From: the human T2T-CHM13v2.0 reference genome, Homo sapiens
Length of the DNA: 64,000 bases
Strand: one strand, 5' to 3'
Assembly: GCF_009914755.1 (NCBI RefSeq)
Contig: NC_060932.1
The notes under the pieces are model-generated. The model did no database searches. It was not told where the DNA came from and saw nothing but the letters and a program-made list of their open reading frames with translations. A program made the position numbers and the translations under genes. Of this stretch, positions 58,180-64,000 are shown piece after piece (the stretch's first letter is position 1; each line of letters starts with the position of its first letter).

Positions 58180-59345
58180 TCTCACCCACTCCCCATCCCT
58201 GGACTAAGCCACCATTGCCTCTGACATTGTCCACTGTGGTATCCTCATAACTGCTCTAACCTACATACATTTATGCCTTCCTTTAATCCATTCTCTATAC
58301 TTCAGCTAGAGATCTTTTCAAAAAGATGCCATCAATGCCTTGGTTAAAACCGTTCTATGATTTTTCAGTGCCCTAAGGATACACATGAAAATGCTTTGAC
58401 ATGCAGACAAGGTCCTGCATGGTCTGCCTCAAGCAGGCCTCAGCAGCCTGGCCTACCATGGACCCTCACTCTTTCTCCTCTCAAACTGTACTGGCCTTCT
58501 TCCATACTCTCAGTCTCATCAGGCTAGTATTTATATTAGACTAAACATGAGCTTATACTGATATCTCCAACTCTAATCCATTACCACATGAATCATTCTC
58601 CTCTTGTTTATCTATATCCCCCCATTCCAGTAGTGAGAAACCCACCATTTACATCCATTTGCTTTGTTTTTCAATTCTGATATACACATATAGTGATATC
58701 AAATTGTTACCTCATACTCCTGTGGGAAACAACTTTATCAGTTAGAGTACAGTGCTTATGTGCAGTTCTTTTTGCCTTTAGTCTTATAGATTCCACTCAT
58801 TTCCAGTTAGGTTGGTGCTCTTTTCCCCAGTACCTTCAATGCAGTGGTTGTTTCACACATTTGTAATACAGTTAGATTCTGAATTCCATCCTGGGATCTG
58901 CTGACGTTTTAAATAATTTCTTTAAAATTTGCATATGTCAAGAATTATCAACATCATCATTTATATGTTCTTACCAGTTTGATTTCTGCTCCAGCTAAGC
59001 ATATCTCTGCTATAACTCCCTAAATTTACCTTTCTTTCCAGATTGAAATATGGTACCCTGTGAACTCAGTTCTCTGATGGGTCCAAGAAAAGTCATTAAT
59101 GTTCAGTTTGTTCAAATTTTTTCTTGTTTTAAAGACAGAAATGAAGATTTCCAAGATCTGTACATGTTGAAACTAAAAACACTGTATTCACTTTTTAATG
59201 TCCATCTTTCTCCTTAAATTCTATGTTCTGTGAGAATAAGATTATGTCAGTTTTGCTCACCATTGTATTCAATTACCTAGTTTGGGTTCAGGCATATAGT
59301 AAATACTCAATAAATATTGGTTAAATGAATGGAAAAATGAATAAC
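58180..59345. mobile_element. L2 (+) interrupted by old L1M (-) fragments (~58540-59175)
   Basis: L2 motifs (ctaagcccaccattgcctct..; caggcatatagtaaatactcaataaatattggttaaatgaat) flank L1MC/MD-like sequence (catgagcttatactgatatctccaactctaatcca). Confidence 0.6.
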
Positions 59346-60149
59346 TCAAGTCCAAATACAAGTCCAGTAAACTTTCATCTATGTCACATGTGCTTCCCTG
59401 GTCCTATGCCATTAGACAGTCTTTTTTATTAATTCATGTTGGTTACTTCATAGTGTCCCTTTCAGTCATACTTATAACTTCTCTATTAGTGACAATCTAA
59501 GTCTTCATTCCATGCCTTGTTAGTGAAGAAAATGTCACAACCTCTTTCTAGATCCTATTTTTATCATCATCATCGCCAAGAATTTTTTTCAGGCAATAAC
59601 TATCTACTGGACTTACTGGGAACACTGGTGCTTTAACCTCATAATGATTTTAAATAAATAATATAAAACTAAGTTTTCCTCTACGCTGTATAGTTTGCCT
59701 CTCTCAATATGCCTCTGCTATTTCCTGATGTCCAAACTTCCTGACATAACAAGCTTTCTTTGAATGAGGAAATAAGCCAACCTTCAGGACTCTGCAGTTT
59801 GAGCAACTAATCAAAGCTTTAAACTATACAGATGCTGAGAGCAAAACATGTCTTCATGTGTGGTAGAATAATTATCTTGATTTGTTTGCCACCAATCAGT
59901 TGATATTTAAAACTCTATTTGTAAAGCCTATAAATACAAGAGCTATGAAGAGATTACTGAGCAAGGCAGGGAAACCAAAGATCTCTATAATTTTTCTTTT
60001 CTTCTAAATAGATTATTTACACATACATAAAGAAGTATGTTACTCAAACACTCTCTTAACTTTAATACACACTCCCTACCAAAGCTGGGTGTATTAACTT
60101 TTCTCAAGTAAACTATATAACCCTCTAAAGAGACTCATATGTTTCTTCT

Positions 60150-60660
60150 AGGAGTATATATTGATATAACCATTCTGGAGATTATGTATCCAAAGATTTC
60201 AATTTTAACACAGAAATACCTTTTCTAGAAAAAAACTTCCAAGGAAATAACTAACAGGGTATTAAAAGATCTAGCTATGTAGGTATTAATCACATATTTG
60301 TTTATAGTTATGAAAAAATTGAAAACAACTTATTCAACTGTACTAGATTGATTAAATTGTGATTCAATCATACAATGGAACATTCTACAGCCATTAAAAA
60401 TTATGTTGTAGATGTACATTTATCAACATAGAAAGATGTTCTTAATGTGTGGTAGAGTTAAAATTAAATTACAAAACAGTTTACACTGTATAATTTCAAA
60501 TATAGATGGATTTATTGACACAATAAAGGACAGATAAAAAGATGATTGATTGATAAATAGGTACTCCAAAAGTGTTCACAAGTTATTTCTAAATGAATGT
60601 ATTTATCTCCTTCTTTCTTACTATATTTTCTTGTTTTCTATTATGTACATGTATTTTGTA
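60150..60660 (+). mobile_element. Old L1ME 3' fragment
   Basis: tttgtttatagttatgaaaaaattgaaaacaac..catacaatggaacattctacagccattaaaaa. Confidence 0.6.
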
Positions 60661-61559
60661 TTTTTTTAAAGAAGATGTACTCAAATATAGTCATTATCTT
60701 AGTACCATAATTTGGTTTGTTGCCATTTCCAGTTGGCATTGGTATCTTGGTATTGGTACACAATATTGCTAGAGACCTTGATTGTGAAGTCATGAACATT
60801 ATCTTTCAAGGACAGATATAACTAAAAGTGGTTCTTTTGTTCTTTCTCTTTCAAAGATGAAGTTATACAAAGAAGGCAATAGAGCAGAGTTTGAATATCA
60901 TACTGAGAAAGCAATGGCAAAATAACAATATTTCTGTGGCAGAAAAAAAAGCTAGATTTGGGATGGGTCAGGTATAGATGTAGTAGTCACACTGGCTATA
61001 ATTTTAAGAGCATTCATTTTCAGATTCTTGACTTTCATATGCCCTTTTTCCCATCATCAGGTAGATTATCATCCCCACTTTCCCTTTCAAAATGACTCTT
61101 CTCCCATTTTACAGAAGAAAGACATCCCCATGACTCATCTGGAATCTAATTATGCCATTATCCCAGGGTATAAAAATATCTAGGGCATCAGCAAAAGGTA
61201 ATTAATGTAATGTATGCAGGAAAGCCTCCTTTGTTGATATATCAAGACCCTGTCTTCCCTTTTTCTCTGTCTTATCCGTATTTCTAACAAAACTGAAGCA
61301 TGTAACATTAGAAATGGGGTATACTGACGCTTGTGAAAATGTTTTAAAATTAGATATACAGTGGCAGCCTTCACCTTTTCCTTTCCTTAGACCCTTTTCA
61401 AAGAATGTCTTGCCCCCGAGGGAGAATTTGAGGAGAGAATATTGAAGAAAGCATTGTCAAGAAACATTAAAAGCTAAAAACTCCTTTTCTAAAATGAGCA
61501 ATTTTTCAGATATTTATAATATTCATAATGAAAGACATGTTGTTGCAAAACACTACAGC

Positions 61560-63530
61560 TTAATGACACTAACTCTTCTTAAGAGTATATTTTCTGTTGG
61601 GAAATGTTTGTCACTGACATAGTATGCAGATGTATACTTAAATAAAACCAAAGTTTAGAAAACAATACTTACTCTTAAAGAAAAAAACAGAGCATATTTT
61701 CCAGGACTATTCAATTTTTTTCTACTTTTGTGGAAATTACATCTACAGATGAAGATTTTATGTGATTTCTTTTAGATTCAGTATGCATTATTAAACAAAG
61801 TCATTAAAGTGTAATATATCAAATCAGATCTTAAAATATTTATTATAATTATATACTAGTTCATTTTATAAAGTAGTTAATATCTTCTATTTTCTATTAT
61901 ATAGTATGCAATTATATGATAGCTGCCATATCAATTTAGCCATAAAACATTTTTCTTTCATAAAATACATAGAAAATATATTTTGTCAAAAAACTGATGA
62001 TATTATGAATATTTATATAATATACTTGTTTAATAGTTCCCAAAATCTGATACTAGAGTTCAATAAATATCTACAAACTCATTGAGGTAAGGAATATCAT
62101 GGTTGATTTATTACACTCCTTACTTCGCAACTACTTATTTTTGCTATCCATCACATAAGATTTTGGATATTGTATAATATTACATTATTAAACATATGAA
62201 ATTTTAAAACACGTTTTGTTTTATGATTCATAAAAAGTAAAACATTATTTTAGATCCTACATCATCTTAAATGAGACTCAGCTGTTTGGAAGGATCTATC
62301 TTACAAGATGGAATCCATTATTTGGTTTTCAGTGCCTTTCATAATAGTGAAAATGAAACACATGTTAATCCATTTACTTGAATTAAAGAATAAAGCTAGA
62401 CTTTTTCTAACAATGAGTATGCTTGATTTGGTTGACTGGTTTACTAATGAGTACTGACTTTGCTAATTTGGTTATAGAGTGGAAATTTTCTATTAATTGA
62501 ACGAACTGAATTTGAATTTCCAAGTTTTTGATAAAAATATGTTTAAAGCATGTAGAATATGGGAGACACAGCATTTTGTCAAATGTATGGCAAAGGTATG
62601 TAGAAGTTATTACTACCTCATGTCCTAATTCTTTCTTGAGTGTATTGAGTTAAACTATATGCCTCTAAGTGCAAAAATAACAAATATAATTAATACCCAT
62701 CTGAAAAGTATGGGTAAAGCACTTCTGGTACAGTTCCCAGAAATCAAGAAAATGAATGATTCCAACAACTGTGTAGCAAATCTTTGCAAGTGAATTGATT
62801 TTCAGTTCTTTGCTCTCAACAAAATTGAAGGTGGACCTAATAGAATATTCAGTTAATAAATCATCAGATGTGCTTTTTGATGCTAGACCACTTTGAGATG
62901 GTTGTCATATAACTCGGAAAGTGTTCAAAGAATTAAGGAAAATCAGTATAACAAACTCCATTCTATTGCCATCTACTTATCTATGTGAATTGATGCTGAA
63001 CCTTCCCTGTCTCACTCAAGCAATGAGTAATATTCATCTAGAGTTGCATTAACTAATTGAAAAAAGGTGCCATTCATCTCAGTAAGTGCTTAATTAAATT
63101 GTCTTTGTTTAATAATTATCATATTATTTTAATCAAATTGCATACTAATAATGCAATGATAATATGATCCCGCACATATGTTCCAATATAATAAAACACT
63201 TTAATTGAAATTTATAAACATAGCTTTGTTAAAAACAAGTGTGATGTGGGATCAATAAAATAATTTTAAGGATAAAAATATGTTTTCTTAACATAAAACT
63301 CTATGGGGAAAGTAGAATAAAATGTAGAACTCAAGGAATACATGATGTTCAATTTCTTACAATTAAAAAAGTTTCTTGTGTTTTTAAAATGAATGGTGAT
63401 GACTATCAAATCGCTAGGGTATTTAGATTGGATTAGATACAATTAAAAGAGCATTTTAACAGTTTCATTTAAAATATTAATATTGAAATATTTCAGAAAT
63501 TGCATCTCTGCATTTCCTTAAATTAATGTT
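61560..63530 (+). mobile_element. Ancient hAT/Charlie DNA transposon relic with transposase C-terminal remnant (outer boundaries approximate)
   Basis: 62903-62989 translates CHITRKVFKELRKISITNSILLPSTYLCE, which resembles the Charlie/ZBED-type hATC motif (..ELxxxAxxxLLPFPxTYLCE). Surroundings are very AT-rich. Confidence 0.6.
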
Positions 63531-63559
63531 TAAAAATTAAAAATAACTACTAAAAATTA

Positions 63560-64000
63560 ACTACCTAGTCTAATAAAGACATCAGACAAATCTCAGTGGA
63601 AGGGCATCCTACAAAACAACCAATAGTCCTCAAAACTGTCAAGGTCATTAAAAATAAAGAAAGTCAATTGTTGATCAGTGAGTACAAAGTTTCAGTTATG
63701 CACAATGAATAATTTCTGGAAATCTGCTACACACCATAATACTAATAGTTAACAATTTGGTATTCTGCACTTTAAACTATGTTAAGAGGATAAAGCTCAT
63801 TAAATGTTCTTACCACAAGCACAAACACACAAAAGAACACAAGGAAATTTTGGAGATGACAGGTTTATGTGCATGTACCATAGGTAATCAATGTCAGCAC
63901 ATATCTTGATTGTGCTGATGGTATTATGGGTGTATATATTTGTCGAAAATCATCAAAATGTTTACATTAAATATGGTGTGCATTTTTGTATATAAATTGT
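63560..64000 (+). mobile_element. Old L1M 3' fragments (L1MC/ME-like followed by L1MA/MB-like)
   Basis: acatcagacaaatc..ctcaaaactgtcaaggtcat; then gagtacaaagtttcagttatgc..aatgttcttaccaca..aaggaaattttggagatga. Confidence 0.7.

Overview
Primate (very probably human) genomic DNA, AT-rich and dominated by repeats. It has one protein-coding feature: the last coding exon of the thyrotropin-releasing hormone receptor TRHR (+ strand, 11581-11988; end of ICL3, TM6, TM7, helix 8 and C-tail, residues 264-398). About 11.6 kb of intron precedes it, and a repeat-poor 3' UTR follows, probably ending near the AATAAA at 14067. The remaining ~50 kb is intergenic sequence with Alus, L1 fragments of many ages, L2/MIR, MaLR and LTR16 LTRs, a full-length MER11 solo LTR with a 6-bp TSD, and DNA-transposon fossils (MER1B, MER5, MER44, MER47, MER91 and a hAT/Charlie transposase relic). 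The other ORFs in the track are repeat-derived or chance. I see no evidence of a new multi-gene system. The best leads are: (1) a latent or vestigial intron in the TRHR C-terminus/3' UTR at the point where rodent isoforms diverge; (2) signals that could produce a 5TM-truncated TRHR; (3) atypical retrotransposition events (a doubly truncated L1 without TSD, an ultra-short L1 insert, a mini 3' transduction); (4) an AluY whose CpGs have escaped decay. Repeat subfamily calls are by eye from remembered consensus sequences, and boundaries of old repeats are approximate.
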